A stretch of DNA of 64,000 nt from Lama glama (GCA_028534125.1 CM052816.1:21516001-21580000), one strand, 5' to 3'. Counted from the stretch's first letter, positions 25,947 to 39,019 are shown. Numbers and translations are program-made. Notes: generated by a model from the letters alone, not told the origin.

Positions 25947-26117
25947 CACCACAGCGGGACACACAGCACCCTGGCACCATCAGCACCAGCAGCAGCATCC
26001 ACCAGTCTCTGATGAAGTAAGCAAACAGTGGCAGCAGCATGTAGCCAAATGCATAAAATATGCACACTCCTAACGTAGAGAATATAATACGAACTGACTT
26101 GCCAAGAATTTCTGCTC
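25947..26117 (-). pseudogene. SLC22A4: SLC22A4 exon 4 with a 1-bp deletion and a mutated donor
   Basis: Reads (G)[48 protein letters not shown], then CCA GG- GTG CTG TGT GTC CCG CTG TGG TG. 171 bp instead of 172. Followed by ATGAGT rather than GTGAGT. Confidence 0.93.
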
Positions 26118-29100
26118 CTGTTCAAAACAAGGGAGGAGTATTAGCATTTTAACTCATTTTAATATTTGCTTTTCACATCATTACCTGGCAGGCAGAGTTC
26201 AAAATACAACCATGTAGGAAAGGGAAGAGGTGTTTGTTTTATGGCCTCTGCAGAGCAGGAGCAGTCAGGGTGGAGAAAGGTGGGAAATGACCCAAGACTT
26301 ATCACCTAGAGAAGCATGAGTTTTGTGAGATTTTAAAGGAATCATAGATTTTTATTTTTTTAAGGCCACCTCATGTCATAGAAACATCATGTCCAGCCCC
26401 AGGAGGTAATCTCTTCAGAGAATGTCATATTTCCAAAGTAAGAGCCCCGAGGTAAGTAACAGAAAGGGTGTCCCAGGAGATGTGGCGGCTCTTCCAAGGG
26501 CTGCATGCGTGGTGGTGCATTCAGCCCTTCCCACAATTCTCCACTGTAAGTAAGCAGACTCCAGTCTCTTGGGAAACAATGGAGCGTTCAGTTAGTGAGT
26601 CGGGTTAGGACACACTTAGCCATCTTCAGCCCTGGGAAACAATAAAGGGGAGCCAGCTGGCTCTGGAGGAGCAGGGAGCAGGTCCCTGGCACCTAGGGCT
26701 GAATTCTGCTGCAGCAACACTGTGCCCAGGGATCAACCCCAGGCGGACACAGCCCATGCAGACCAAGGGAAGACAAGAAAGACCTGCTCTACTGGCCAGG
26801 CTGGCGACAGCCCTAGAGCTGGCCACACACTTTGGGGCTCACAGAGCTTTCCCACACCACCACAAAGGCCCAAGACTGTTCGGTGTCCCGCCCTGTTTTG
26901 GGAAAGACTCCTGCTCTGCTCAGCACCACAGTGGGTGGTTTAGCTCCAGTTCTTCCAGAGACATTGCCTGCCCCTTGGGGCACTTGGTTTGAGACAGGGA
27001 GTCCAAGAACAAGCTCCTTTTGTTGTCACAGAGCTCCAGGCCCTTTCCAGAGTTTACTCTTGGTCCTCTGCCCTGGGGTGGAGATTTGGCCAATGGCAAT
27101 GGCTCCATCTTTTGAGATCTGCCCATCACTATAGAGAAATAGCCCAGAAAATACAAAACAGACCATTCAAAGGTCATTCAGGCTTGGCTTTCCACAGAAA
27201 TTTTCTCAATTGTGTTTATATGCCCTGAGCACAGGCTAAGGAATTAAGGGCTAATTCCAGAGCAGCAGTAAAATCACTACTTTGGCTGGTGTCTCTTTCT
27301 CGCCACCTGTTCCTGTCCCCACCTCTCTTCTTTCTCATTCAGCATAACTGAAGATGTGCCTCAGTGTTTTCCTCTTGAACTGCCGTTTCTAAAAGCTGGA
27401 CTGATAGAAAAGGCTAGTACTGTGTACTCCTTGCATCCCAGACTGCAGAGAGTAGCCTTAATCACACAGGGCATTTCTCAGCCTCTAAATTCACTTCCAG
27501 GGATAGGGCCAGACTTCTTTGAGGATCGTGAGTGTTATTTCCAGATCTTTTCTTACCTCATTAATGACCTTCCTACCACTTCATAGGAAGACTCACCATG
27601 CCATATGGGAATGATATGGGAATGAATAGGGGGTGATTTATTCCTAAGCAGAGATTCAGAAGGGAAGCAGCAGAGGATGTGACTATGGAAAAGAGAAAGT
27701 GTACAGGACCAAGTGAAAATCTTGTAGACTCATGAGGCCAAGGAGCTCCCTTAAACTTCCATGCCCCTGATAAGAGAAGAGAGAGAAGTTACACCACTGG
27801 ATTCCTGGATACTCTCCCTCTCTAAGCTTGGATCTCAGGCCAGAACAGAGCTGTTCTAACTTTGCAGAGTACTCACAGGGACAGAAGAATTATTAAATAA
27901 ATCTACCCTGCCTCTGCCCTTCTGTGGAGCAACACGAATGGCACAAACCTGAATAATCCCTTGTTAGCACAACTTTACACTCTGACTTCTAGACAGTCAC
28001 CTTTCCTTGAAGATCATCATCACCATCATCATCATCTTCTTCATAGCTAGCATTTTTTTTTGAGCAGGCCCTTTGAGCCAGGTTCCAAGCTAAGTGTTTA
28101 TGTATATTATCTCTTTGAGTCTTCACAATAATTACATAAGAACTAATATTGCTTCTATCTTACACATCATCAGCTGAGACTTACAGAGTTGAAGCTAATT
28201 GCCTAAATTCACAGCCAGGATTTTAGCCTGATCTGTTTGGCCTGTGGATACCATCCAGAAAAGAATCACCTGGGGTCAAAGCCTTGGCCCTATCAAGCAG
28301 TCCTTCAACTGAGGCTCCATTGGAGACATGTGTGGGAGATGGGTGAGGCCATACTTGCTTTTTAGAAGTTAGGATTTGCATTTTCTCTGCCTGGGCTGGT
28401 CTCTGAGCCAACTAGCCCCCTCAGAGGGACACTGGCAGAGGAGTCCTGATTCCTGCAGACTTCTCACGGCCTCCAGGTACCACAGATTTTCCATGTGCTT
28501 AGCTGGCAGTGAGATGGGTTACAGTGGTGACTTCTGGCTCTGCTGACTGGGGATCCCTGTCCTGGCCTCCTTTACCGCCTAGGTTTCTGCTCCTAGGGCA
28601 AAGCCCACTTGGTCTTGGTCTGGTTGGGCCTCTGAGTGGTCACTTAGGAGTGAGACTCCGACAACTAAGCCAGAGGGACATGGCCTGCAGGAGTGTTTGC
28701 CCACAAACTGTCACCACCACTCGAATCTGAGCACTCTCTCCAAGAGGGCGTGACTGAGAAAGGGCCAGGCTTACTTCCACGTTGATCAGGGCCGTTCTGT
28801 GGTGGTCAGCCCAGGAACCACTGGGTCCTTTCCACATGAGGCAGGACCTGCCCTTCCATAAGTGACCAACAGAGACCTGTAAACCCCTGCTCAAGAAACC
28901 AGGATGTGGAGCAGGACCCAGGGACCCCTGGGACGGGAGTGCCCTCTACTAGGTATATGCAGGGAGCATTGACGCTCGTGTGACTTTGACAGGTCCTACT
29001 TCATGGAGCTATTATTGTAAGGACTGAGATAATGCAGGTAAAGGGCCTGGGTGAGTGTCTGGTATGTGGTAGGTACTTAGGAATAATTCTGTTATCCCAG

Positions 29101-29639
29101 TCAAACTGTTGAAATGTGCCAGATGTCAGGGGAATGATGGAAAAGTACAGAGCCTTTGATGAAGAGACCCAGTGGAAGACAGCAGAACCTCTCTTTGCTC
29201 CCTGGAAAATACTCAGAATTCTTTTCAAATTGATAGGTGTTCCCCTGCTCAGGGCGTCCTCTCTTCCCTATATAAACTTTCACAGGCCATTCAAGTTAAA
29301 AGTAATCTTTCTTATCTCTGTATATACCCAGAAAAGTTATCTGAGCTCCCCTGACACATTGACTGTCTCTGCTGACCAGATGTGAGCCTCTTGCAGAGAC
29401 ACAGAAGTGAGTCCTTACTCCTCCCTGGGCTCCCCCAGTTCTGCCCTCACACATTGCAGGGAAAACAAGGGCTGCCAGAAAATTTTTGCATCTTTTCAGT
29501 GTATTTATATACCATCTTCTCCCTTGAGGGTTTTGAGGTAGCTTATAATCTGAATAAAAGTTTTAAATGGCTACATTAAAATAAAAAGCAAAGAAAGGTA
29601 AAAAGTTATGTGTTGGAGAAAAGAACAAAAACACACAAT

Positions 29640-30268
29640 GTATCATTTTGGAAAACATTCTAGCAGTTCCTTAAATGGTTAAACATAAAATTCCCATATG
29701 ACCCATCAATTCCTCTTGGAAAACAGCCTGGCAGATCTTTAAATGGTTAAACATAAAATTCCCATATGACCCAGCAAGGTACATATCCAAGAGAACTGAA
29801 AACATAGATCCACAAAAAAACCTTGTATTCAAATGTTGATAACAACATTCTTCATAATAGCCAAAGAGTGGAAACAACCTAGATGTCTATCAACAGATGA
29901 AGAGATGAACAAAATGTGGTTATCTCCTACAATGGAATATTGATTAAATGCTACAGCATGGACCAACCTTAAAAACATTAAGCGAAAGTAGTCAGTCACA
30001 AAAGCCACATACTGTATGATTCCATTTATCTGAAATATCTGGAATAGACAAATCCACACAGATAGAAAGTAGATTAGTGGCTGCCAGGGACTTGGGAAAA
30101 AGGAGAAGGGGGAGTGACTGGTAAAAGGGTTCCTCTTAGGGGTGATGAATATTTTCTGGAGTTAGAGTTTTTGGTTGTACAACTTTGCGAATATACTAGA
30201 AACCACTGAATTATACTCTTTTAAAGAGGTAATATTATGGTTTGCAAGTTCTATCTCAATTTAAAAAC
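29640..30268 (+). mobile_element. L1MB-like 3' end carrying an internal 68-bp tandem duplication
   Basis: ttcataatagccaaagagtggaaacaacctagatgtctatcaacagatg...tatctcaatttaaaaa. Confidence 0.85.
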
Positions 30269-31205
30269 TATGTGGCTGACAAAGGCTTCATGATTGATAT
30301 AGTGCAATTACCATCTTGCCTGAGCTTTCCAGTAGCCAAAGTTATAAAGGGAGGTGCCATCAGTTATGTACTTATCAAAGGAAAGAACACATTTAAACAT
30401 CAGTAAATAGTAAATAGTTCAACATGGAACAAATACTGCATAGGAGGCTGATGTTAGTTGTACTGGAAAAATACCAAATTAATGGATCAGTGAAGGCAGG
30501 AGGCAGTGAAGTGTGCAAAATAATTTCAAGCAGCCAGTTATGAGAAAGGATGATGCCACTGGAGTTTTACCCAGAGGCTGTGGACAGGTTAAAGTTATTG
30601 CTGGGAAACAGTAGATTGTGAGGGGCAGCTGGAGTGTGGGTGGAGTCAGTGTCCTCGGTCCTGGTAGTCATTTCCTCCTGAACCAGAATCATTCTGGCAG
30701 CTTCCACGTGTGTCCACACTGTTCCTTTAAGTAAGGAACTGTTCCTTCCTTCCCTTTTCTTGTCTCCTATGACTCTGGCAAGCTTTACAATTGTTTTAAA
30801 GCAGAGCAAGGAGAGGATCTGTTTCTGCACCACTTTGGAAGTGGGAGTAATTCAGCATCCTGAATTAATGTGAATACTCCTAAAATGGGAGATTATCATC
30901 ACAGAGTCTTGCCAACCCTTCCCTGGAGCCAGAGGGCAAAAGTGAAGATCCAGACAGAACTCAGACCAGACCCCAAACTCTGGTTTCTTTTAGTTAAATA
31001 AAACCCGGAACTCGACTATTTCAGCCCTGGAACACCAGAGAGCGCTGCTGTGCTGTGGGAAGCCTGCCCGCCGTGCCCTTGCACTGTCCCCCGACCCCGC
31101 CCCACCCCAGGTGCTGCTGACGAGGGAGTCTGGCTGCTCCAGGGGAAGGTTGATTTTCAGTGACACTCTTTAAATGTTCAGGCCTGAGAACAAATCTCAT
31201 ACCAG

Positions 31206-31705
31206 NNNNNNNNNNNNNNNNNNNNNNNNNNNNNNNNNNNNNNNNNNNNNNNNNNNNNNNNNNNNNNNNNNNNNNNNNNNNNNNNNNNNNNNNNNNNNNN
31301 NNNNNNNNNNNNNNNNNNNNNNNNNNNNNNNNNNNNNNNNNNNNNNNNNNNNNNNNNNNNNNNNNNNNNNNNNNNNNNNNNNNNNNNNNNNNNNNNNNNN
31401 NNNNNNNNNNNNNNNNNNNNNNNNNNNNNNNNNNNNNNNNNNNNNNNNNNNNNNNNNNNNNNNNNNNNNNNNNNNNNNNNNNNNNNNNNNNNNNNNNNNN
31501 NNNNNNNNNNNNNNNNNNNNNNNNNNNNNNNNNNNNNNNNNNNNNNNNNNNNNNNNNNNNNNNNNNNNNNNNNNNNNNNNNNNNNNNNNNNNNNNNNNNN
31601 NNNNNNNNNNNNNNNNNNNNNNNNNNNNNNNNNNNNNNNNNNNNNNNNNNNNNNNNNNNNNNNNNNNNNNNNNNNNNNNNNNNNNNNNNNNNNNNNNNNN
31701 NNNNN
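31206..31705. other. Assembly gap (500 N)
   Basis: Run of N in intron 3, flanked by identical 125-bp sequences. Confidence 0.99.
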
Positions 31706-33906
31706 GCACTGTCCCCCGACCCCGCCCCACCCCAGGTGCTGCTGACGAGGGAGTCTGGCTGCTCCAGGGGAAGGTTGATTTTCAGTGACACTCTTTAAAT
31801 GTTCAGGCCTGAGAACAAATCTCATACCAGGACACAAAACTCAGCAGTTTCCCAAAGAGCACAGTGGAGTAAACCTACAGCCAGGGAGGCTCCCAGAGCA
31901 CCCTATAATAGCCCCAGACCCAGGCTGATAGGAGCCTGCTGCACCCAGCTTCCCACCTGCTGATTGCTGGTTTGAACATCTAGGCTCGGACTGATCTTAC
32001 AGATCTTACTTTCCCCTTGGCCCTCTCACTCTTCTCAGCATGGAGAGCAGGGAGGGAAGTTGGTTACAGTATCAGGGTCAGTTGGGCAGGGACTTTCCTG
32101 CAGGAGGCCTGGTGTGGGCTCTCCTGGCCTCATCCACTCACAGGGGAGGCTCTATGGCCCCAGAAACACCCTGTGCCACTGGAAAGACTGGTCTCAGTGC
32201 TGGCCATTCAGTAGAACCTAGGGGATACCATGCATGGCACACACGCCACCAGGCTCCTGATCCCAATGACAGGGCTTCTCAGGCTTCACTGTGACTCTGT
32301 CCCCTTCCACTTCAGAGGATCCTTTAGGTCCTCCTAAAGTCAGGCAGAGCCCTCTGTTTTGGGGAGGCCTGTTTAGTCTCTGGTTTGTTCTACCCCAAAC
32401 AGCCACCCACTGGGCTTTCCAGGTATAGGGCATCGCTACAAGGAAGATGGAATATGCAGAATTTATATCATGAAAACAATAGATTTTGCTGTGCCCAAGA
32501 CCCCTGTGTCCTTGGGGCCATCAGGCATTAGAAGATTGCAATTTCTGTCCTAAATTCCTCCAATCTCCAGTTTCCAGCAAAACTGGCTGGAGGCTCTCTG
32601 GGGCCTCTACGTAACAATCTCCTTTGGAAATTCTTGCTCCCCTTTTTCCCCCTTCAGGGAGGAGAGAGCCCCACTTCTGCTGGGGCTGTGTGGCTTCAGC
32701 ATGCCCCTCCTTCCTCCCCTCTTATGACACTATGGCTGGGCCTGTGGTGAGGGGCTCTTCACAAATGATTAAAGGAGTGGAATTTGAACAATTCCATCTT
32801 GGCAACCTGACAGAGGGTGTATGCATCCTCAACTTAGAGAACACAGCATCCTGAAAGCCAATGAGTCATCCAGACTCTTAAAAGTGATCAGAATCATCTT
32901 ACTAGATTCAGATTTTTGAGACAAGAAGAATCATTAGACTTACATTAAAGGGCCACTCTTAGTAATTACACTGTGACAATAGGGACAATCTGGGACAGCC
33001 AGGAAGGACATTTGATCACACTGGAGATTATGGGAATTGGTGCCTGTTGTCCCAGAGGTTCCCCTCTATCTCCTTCTCTCTCCAACTCAGAGGGAGCACG
33101 TAGGCTCAGAGAGCATGCTGGGGCCTCTCACTCCTGTGGATGACTCTCATCAACCTGCCTGGAGCTCACCCCACTGCCTCTGAGGGAAACCTGGTGAAGG
33201 GCCTGGGGGCCTCTTCATGGTCTTTAGCTTGTGAGGCCCCTTCATGCAGCCTGATATTCCAGAAGAAGGCTGCTGCTAGGATACAGGACTGCTCTCATCA
33301 GTGAGGGTCATCGTGCACACAGCTGTTAGGCTCTGGTTGTGGGCTCTGACTCAGGGTGAGACTAGATCTGCCCAATGATGGCAGACTGGTGCTGGACTCC
33401 TGTCTGGCACATGTCTCCTCCACCTGTGTACTGGCCACACCAACTATTCTAAGTCCTTCCATGGGCCATGACCAGCTGCCCTTTAGCCTTGTCCCAGGCA
33501 GAAGTCCCAAGCTTTCATAGCTCAGATCAAAGACATCCCTAGACTGTTGCTCCATTAAGATCCCCTCCTCTGTGTTTCTCCCAAGCCCTGTGCTCCTGCG
33601 ATGTGTCTCAGCTGGTTCCTCCCAGCTCCAGCTCTTATTTAGTGTCACATTTCAGGACTTAATACAGAGCTGGCTCCCTGTGAGTGCCTGCCCTGCCTGT
33701 GACAGATCAAAGAACCTGTAGCTATAATCCCCTCCCCAGCATATATACATCTGGAGCTTATCACATTTGGAAGCACAGCCGTGAGTTGAGGTGCTTCCTC
33801 CTATGCTGAGTAAAAGCACTCACTGTAACCTCTTCAGTGGCCTCCTCTTCCCAGGCCTCTCAGAGGGGTGGAAGGAGGAGCCCTGCAGTTCAGAAGCCAT
33901 CCTTAC

Positions 33907-34061
33907 CTAGTATGAAGGCCACCACATAGTTGGAGATCTGGCCCATGCCGACGATGACAAATAATACGGTGAACATCTCCCAGTTAATGGAAAAAATCTG
34001 CAGGAAGCTGAAGCCAGTCTGCACAGCCATGGTTATGAAGAGGATGGTCTTCCTGCCAAAC
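33907..34061 (-). CDS. SLC22A4: SLC22A4 exon 3 (frame open)
   Basis: Acceptor TACAG|GTTTGG; reads [51 protein letters not shown]; donor TAG|GTAAGG; 155 bp. Confidence 0.96.
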
Positions 34062-34465
34062 CTGTAGAGTATAGCACAGCACAAAACATGGCCCATGCAG
34101 GTCACTGTAGCACACAATCAGGGTGTGTGGCAAGCCTTGAATCAGATATCGCAGAAGACTTTGTTTTTTCCAGGTATGTGACAGGATTTCCTCCCCCTCA
34201 CATCCTCCCAGGTTCCTTCTTGGTGAGACTTCAGGCATCCATCTGTCCAGGAGGTGACTTTTGAGATTCTGAGCCTCCTGTGGAGGCACCAAATCTCAAA
34301 AGCACATAACAGCTTATGCAAGGACCATGTGGAAATCAGCTCTTTAGAATGAGCCACAAGTAGAAGCTGCCACCATATTTCTGGAAAGTGGCTACAGTAC
34401 AGACTAAAGATCTAGTATCAGCAACATGGGAATTCTGTCAATCCAGAACCAAGAGTCTCTCTATG

Positions 34466-34642
34466 GCAGTGGTGTTCAACCTTGGTTGTGCTTGGAATCA
34501 CCAGGAAAGCTTCAAAGAATACTGGTGTCAGCAACCACCTTCCTCAGTTCTTACTGTCTGGCTGCAGACAACTACATGCATTTCGGCTTAAAAAAATTTC
34601 CCAAGTGACTCTACATGTATCCCAAATTGTGAATCACTGCTC
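34466..34642. mobile_element. MER5-like element
   Basis: cagtggtgttcaaccttggttgtgcttggaatcacc...gtgaatcactgc termini. Confidence 0.7.
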
Positions 34643-35397
34643 TATGGGAAGTGTAGCTTCCAGCAATGTCCACTGGGGACACTGTAGTGGGCTTGCCTTA
34701 ATTTCACATTCTGATAGTGTCCAATGGATAGAACGGAACATAGGTGTGAGCAGAACAGTCTTCCACCCAGTTTTCCAAACTCAGGTATCATGCTGTTGGG
34801 CTTGGAGTCCCACTGGGCTTCATAACTGGGGGAGGGACAGCCACTCCCCTGGGAAGTCTTCCCCAACACTGCCACTGAGCACTCCCATTTTCCTGCTTGG
34901 GTTCCCATAGAATATTCAAGGGCCATTGAGGGCACATCTCCCGGAGCTGTGATGCTGTCTGCTCCGGACTGCACTCCAGGAGGCCAAGAACCAGCCTGGA
35001 TCAGCTCTGTGGCCCCAGTGTCCAGCCGGGGGCCTGACCCATGGCAGAGATGGGTGCACAGTTAGCGAGCAGGTGCTCATGCTCTGGTCTGACTCTGGCT
35101 GATGGCTGGTTGTGGACAGATCGCATGTCATCCAAGAGTTAGGGGTGCGGTGGGGAGGCAGTGGTGAGACAGCAGCAGCTTTTTTTGAGGAGTTTGGTGA
35201 TATAAAGACTCCACTTTCCAGAGGGTCCCAGCAAGAGGCTGAGGGCAGGGGGAACAGGAGATACTGTGGTTTCTCCTATCTCTCACTTGGTGGCCTAACT
35301 GGCCTCTCTTTCCCTGGGTGAAAATACCCTAAATTCAGTTCAAACCAAAGATAGGCAGTGAATTGAAATCACCTTTCCTCCCTCCCAGCATCCTTAC

Positions 35398-35501
35398 CTG
35401 TCTGACAGCTGCCCGGACATAAAGGACCCGAGGAGCACGCCTACGAAGAACAGGGAGATGGTGAGCTGCGTCTTCCAATCATCCTCACACGCCAGATTCC
35501 A
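35398..35501 (-). CDS. SLC22A4: SLC22A4 exon 2 (frame open)
   Basis: Acceptor GACAG|TGGAAT; reads [34 protein letters not shown](R); donor CAG|GTAAGG; 104 bp. Confidence 0.96.
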
Positions 35502-37844
35502 CTGTCAGGGAAAAGCGTGAAACGTTAGCCCAACCCCTCAGCAGGCCCAACCCCAACCCAGCCCAGAGGGCATATCAGCATGGCAGCCAGGCAGGCTCTC
35601 CTCCCCTGGGCGAGGCTGTAGCTTTTGTGCGAAGGGCACAGGCCTCACAGCCCTGGGGTTGACTCCTGACTGTACCATTTACTGGGGCAAGTCAGGGTCC
35701 TCCCTGAGACTCACCCTCCTGTTCTGAAGGGAGGGTGATGAGTGTGGCTCTGCTTACGTTTGTGTAGTGAGAAGCCAGCTGAGGCATGGCTTTGACTGGT
35801 GACCCCTCAGCAAAGGTGGCATTTCTGCTTCAGAAGGCATCCCAGCACAGAGGGAAGGTGTTTGAAAGGCCTCAAGGGCAGGGTAGAGGGCATGGTCACT
35901 CAGTCCAGGTGTACAAGTTTCCTTTACCTTGTTGAAAAGTGCAAGTGGTCCCTGGGGCCTGTGATTCTGTTTTCTGAATGAATTCCTCTAGAGAACCCTG
36001 TGCTCTCTGGCCCACTAACACCATTGGCCCAGCTTAGGGCCTGATCCAGGGCCCCAGTGTGCTGGGGGTGGGGTTCCTACCCCCTATGCAGTGCTCCTTA
36101 TCTCCCCTCTATACTCCTCCACCCTCCTTCCCATGCAGCCCTAACCCAAGTGTGGTCCCTCCATGTCCCCGGGTCTGGGGGCTATGATAGCCCTAACAAG
36201 TCCCTGCTTATGGACCCATAAAATGAGAGTTTCAGCCAGAGTTTCAGTTCCCAGCTCTTGACTTAGGGCAATTCAGCAAAATCTCAAGGGGAGGTTGCAA
36301 AAGTTTCAATGGGTGTTCAGGGAGCTTTCATTAATTAAAGAAATAAACAGATGCCCATAAATATTTGGGGGCTGTGGGTCAGGAGGTTGCTGCACGAGGC
36401 AAGATGATCCCATCTACAGGGAAACGCCCTGCCTCCCACCCAACCCCAGCTCCACTTGGCAGTGGTGCTGCTCCATGACATTCCCAAAGCAATTTAGCTG
36501 TTAACTCTCACAACTTTCCTGAAATAGATGTAAAAATGAATTCACATATTTATATCATACCTCATTGTGCAGCAGAGAGAGGTATATAAGGACACACATA
36601 AGAGAAATGTGTACAACAAAAAGCTAAGGGAATTGGGGCAAATGGGAATCACAGGGGAGGCGGGGTTGCAAAATAACCAAGCCAGGGTAAGACTGGCCAC
36701 TGGCTATACTGCCCAGGGGCCTGTCTGCTTGCCAGGGAAGCCCTGAAATCTGGCTTTGAATATCCCAGCAGCTCAGCTCTCTGGATCACTGTGCAAATGA
36801 TCCACTCTGGATCATTCCACAGAAGCTCAGTTTTTCTAAGTACTGAGACCCAAGAGAAGTCTCTCCTATATCCTTCCTTCCACAGAGGGGCCACTCTGTG
36901 ATGTTGAGGATAATGTCTTTGAGAACACCCCCATCCTGGACACAATAGCAAGATTCAATAGAGTCTGCCTCTCCCGGTGCCCACAATCCTGGCCACAGGC
37001 TGGACGCCCAAGCACAGCTCTGCCGAAGAAAGACAATGAGGGCCAGGAACTCAGATCTCTACCCCTCAGACACAACTGAGGATAAGTCTGAGACCATAGC
37101 CAGAGTAGGGTTGCTTCAGCTTGGGCCCCTGAATGGGCTTCATGGGAAAGGGCACAAACCCTCCAAAACTGTATGGCCAGATTCGTGTGCCCTCCCTGGC
37201 CACGACTCAGAAGTAGACAGGACATGTACCTGAACTGATGGCCGACTACTTACAAAAATCACTTGTCAAAGTGTCAAAAAAGAGCCTGAGATCTGCCCCA
37301 ACACACAGAGATTAGTCATTGAGGCCCCAAAGCCTCATGATGTGGAGTGTGACCCATTGTGCAGAAGAGTAAACGTAGGCTCTGAGACTGGTGTTTGCCT
37401 GAAGTCATAGCAGGTAACTAGGCAAGCGAGACACCAGCTCCAGCCTCAGAACTCAAACTTGTAACTGTCTGCTTTGGACAAGAATTCCAAAGGCCAGACG
37501 AAGTGAGTTTATTACATACCACCCCCTGTACTTCTTCAAGGAATGTGACCCCAGGACTAGGGACAGAAGGCCTCCACCACAGCCTTTAGCCTTGGACAGA
37601 GCTGAGGAGGTCTCGAGTTTAGTAGGGGTATTAATGTGTCCATTATCAATGATCACCATTCATCTGTAGTCAGGCAGAAAAGCTCTTCCAAAGGTAATGT
37701 GCTCTCCTTTCTTGTTCTTTTTAATATTTTTGTCAGTATATTGCCTTAGGGGAGGATAGATAGGACTTGGAGACAGAAAAGAAAGAAGAAAGCTGTCAGA
37801 TGAGGGGCCAGGCATTGCATGGGCAAAGGTAGTGAGCAGACCTG

Positions 37845-37997
37845 GTGACCTAATTTGCAAGCCCAGTGCAAACAGAAAATTCAGGATCCCCTATTTAAAA
37901 ACAGTTAAGAATTTCAAGACGTCGATAGCAGAGAGTGAAAACTAAGTGGGGGCCCCTGTGTGACTGCACAGATTGATGCCCAGGAAGCTGGCCCTGG
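37845..37997. mobile_element. MER45A-like hAT-Tip100 element
   Basis: gcccagtgcaaacagaaaat...ttaagaatttcaagacg...gtgactgcacag...gaagctggccctg. Confidence 0.65.
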
Positions 37998-39019
37998 TAG
38001 TGGGTCAAGCCTGGTCTCTTTAGGAAATGGAGTAAGGAAGGAAGTTCTGACTTGGGTGCTGAGAAGCGTGAAGTGAGGGCCAGCTCTGCATTGCCCTCCT
38101 ACTGGAGGCCATATGGCCATGGCTCCAGGTTCCCCTTCCCTCCCTGAAGAGGGGCCCAAGAAGCCCTGTCAGCATCATGTAGCGCAGAAGGTGGCCATCT
38201 GCCCCAGGCCTTGAAGGGTGCTATATGTCTTTGGAGCTCTTGCTTGCATGTGGCAGGAGATGACAGCTGGATCTCATGGCTACCCATGGTGGGTTCCAAG
38301 GCTGGGCTCTCTTGGGGAGTTACTGTACCCAGAGCCTTTTTAGAAAGCTACCAGAGACCTGGTAATAGGACCTGAGATTGGCAGATAAAGTTCCAGCTGT
38401 GGCTCATGGGACTGGTGACCAATAAATTGGCTGCCAGCCTAAAGAGGGGCCCTTTTCTCCATGGGACTGTTTTTGGGGAGGCCAGGCTCTGCCTGCCCAG
38501 CCCCTTGGGGATTTTAGGAGTGTGTCTTGGAGCCCCGCTAGCCAGGTCCCAGGAAGCTCCCTGTGTTAGTAATGAAATGGAAGGACCAGTGGAAGATAAT
38601 CCTTTCCTTGATGAGACAGAACTGTCCTGTGGGTCTCTGCACATGTGTGTACACACATGCACACATACACAAACATACATACACAGGGTCAGCTCAGAGC
38701 ATAATAGCTGATGGTCTGGTGAGGAGCTGCCCAGCATTGCTCTAGAGCTGTACTTTGAGGTCAAAAACTACCATTTCTGAAACACAACCCACACTCACAC
38801 ATGCCCTGGACAGAGAGTGGGACATGGGAACCATACAGCCCAGAGTGGATAGGGTTAGGGCATTGGATGTGACCTTGCAGGGTTACTGCGCCTGTCTCAT
38901 TCTCAAGGTCTTAAACCAATGCTCCCCAGCAGAGCAGAGTAAGCTCCAGTTGGCTGGACCATCTAGCCTTCAGCTCTGCTTTAGTTTGGCCTAGAAGAAT
39001 ATGCTGCTCATGGTCTCAG

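Noticed and set aside
27603..27624. 11-bp direct repeat atatgggaatg x2
   Set aside because: Ordinary short slippage duplication.
31021..31837. Long ORFs of 177-256 aa
   Set aside because: Artefacts of translating through the 500-N gap.
1..36000. Exons of an antisense lncRNA like the human one that overlaps SLC22A4 from the SLC22A5 side
   Set aside because: Donor-like motifs exist on the plus strand (for example AAG|GTATGT near 10851), but no exon structure can be supported from sequence alone.
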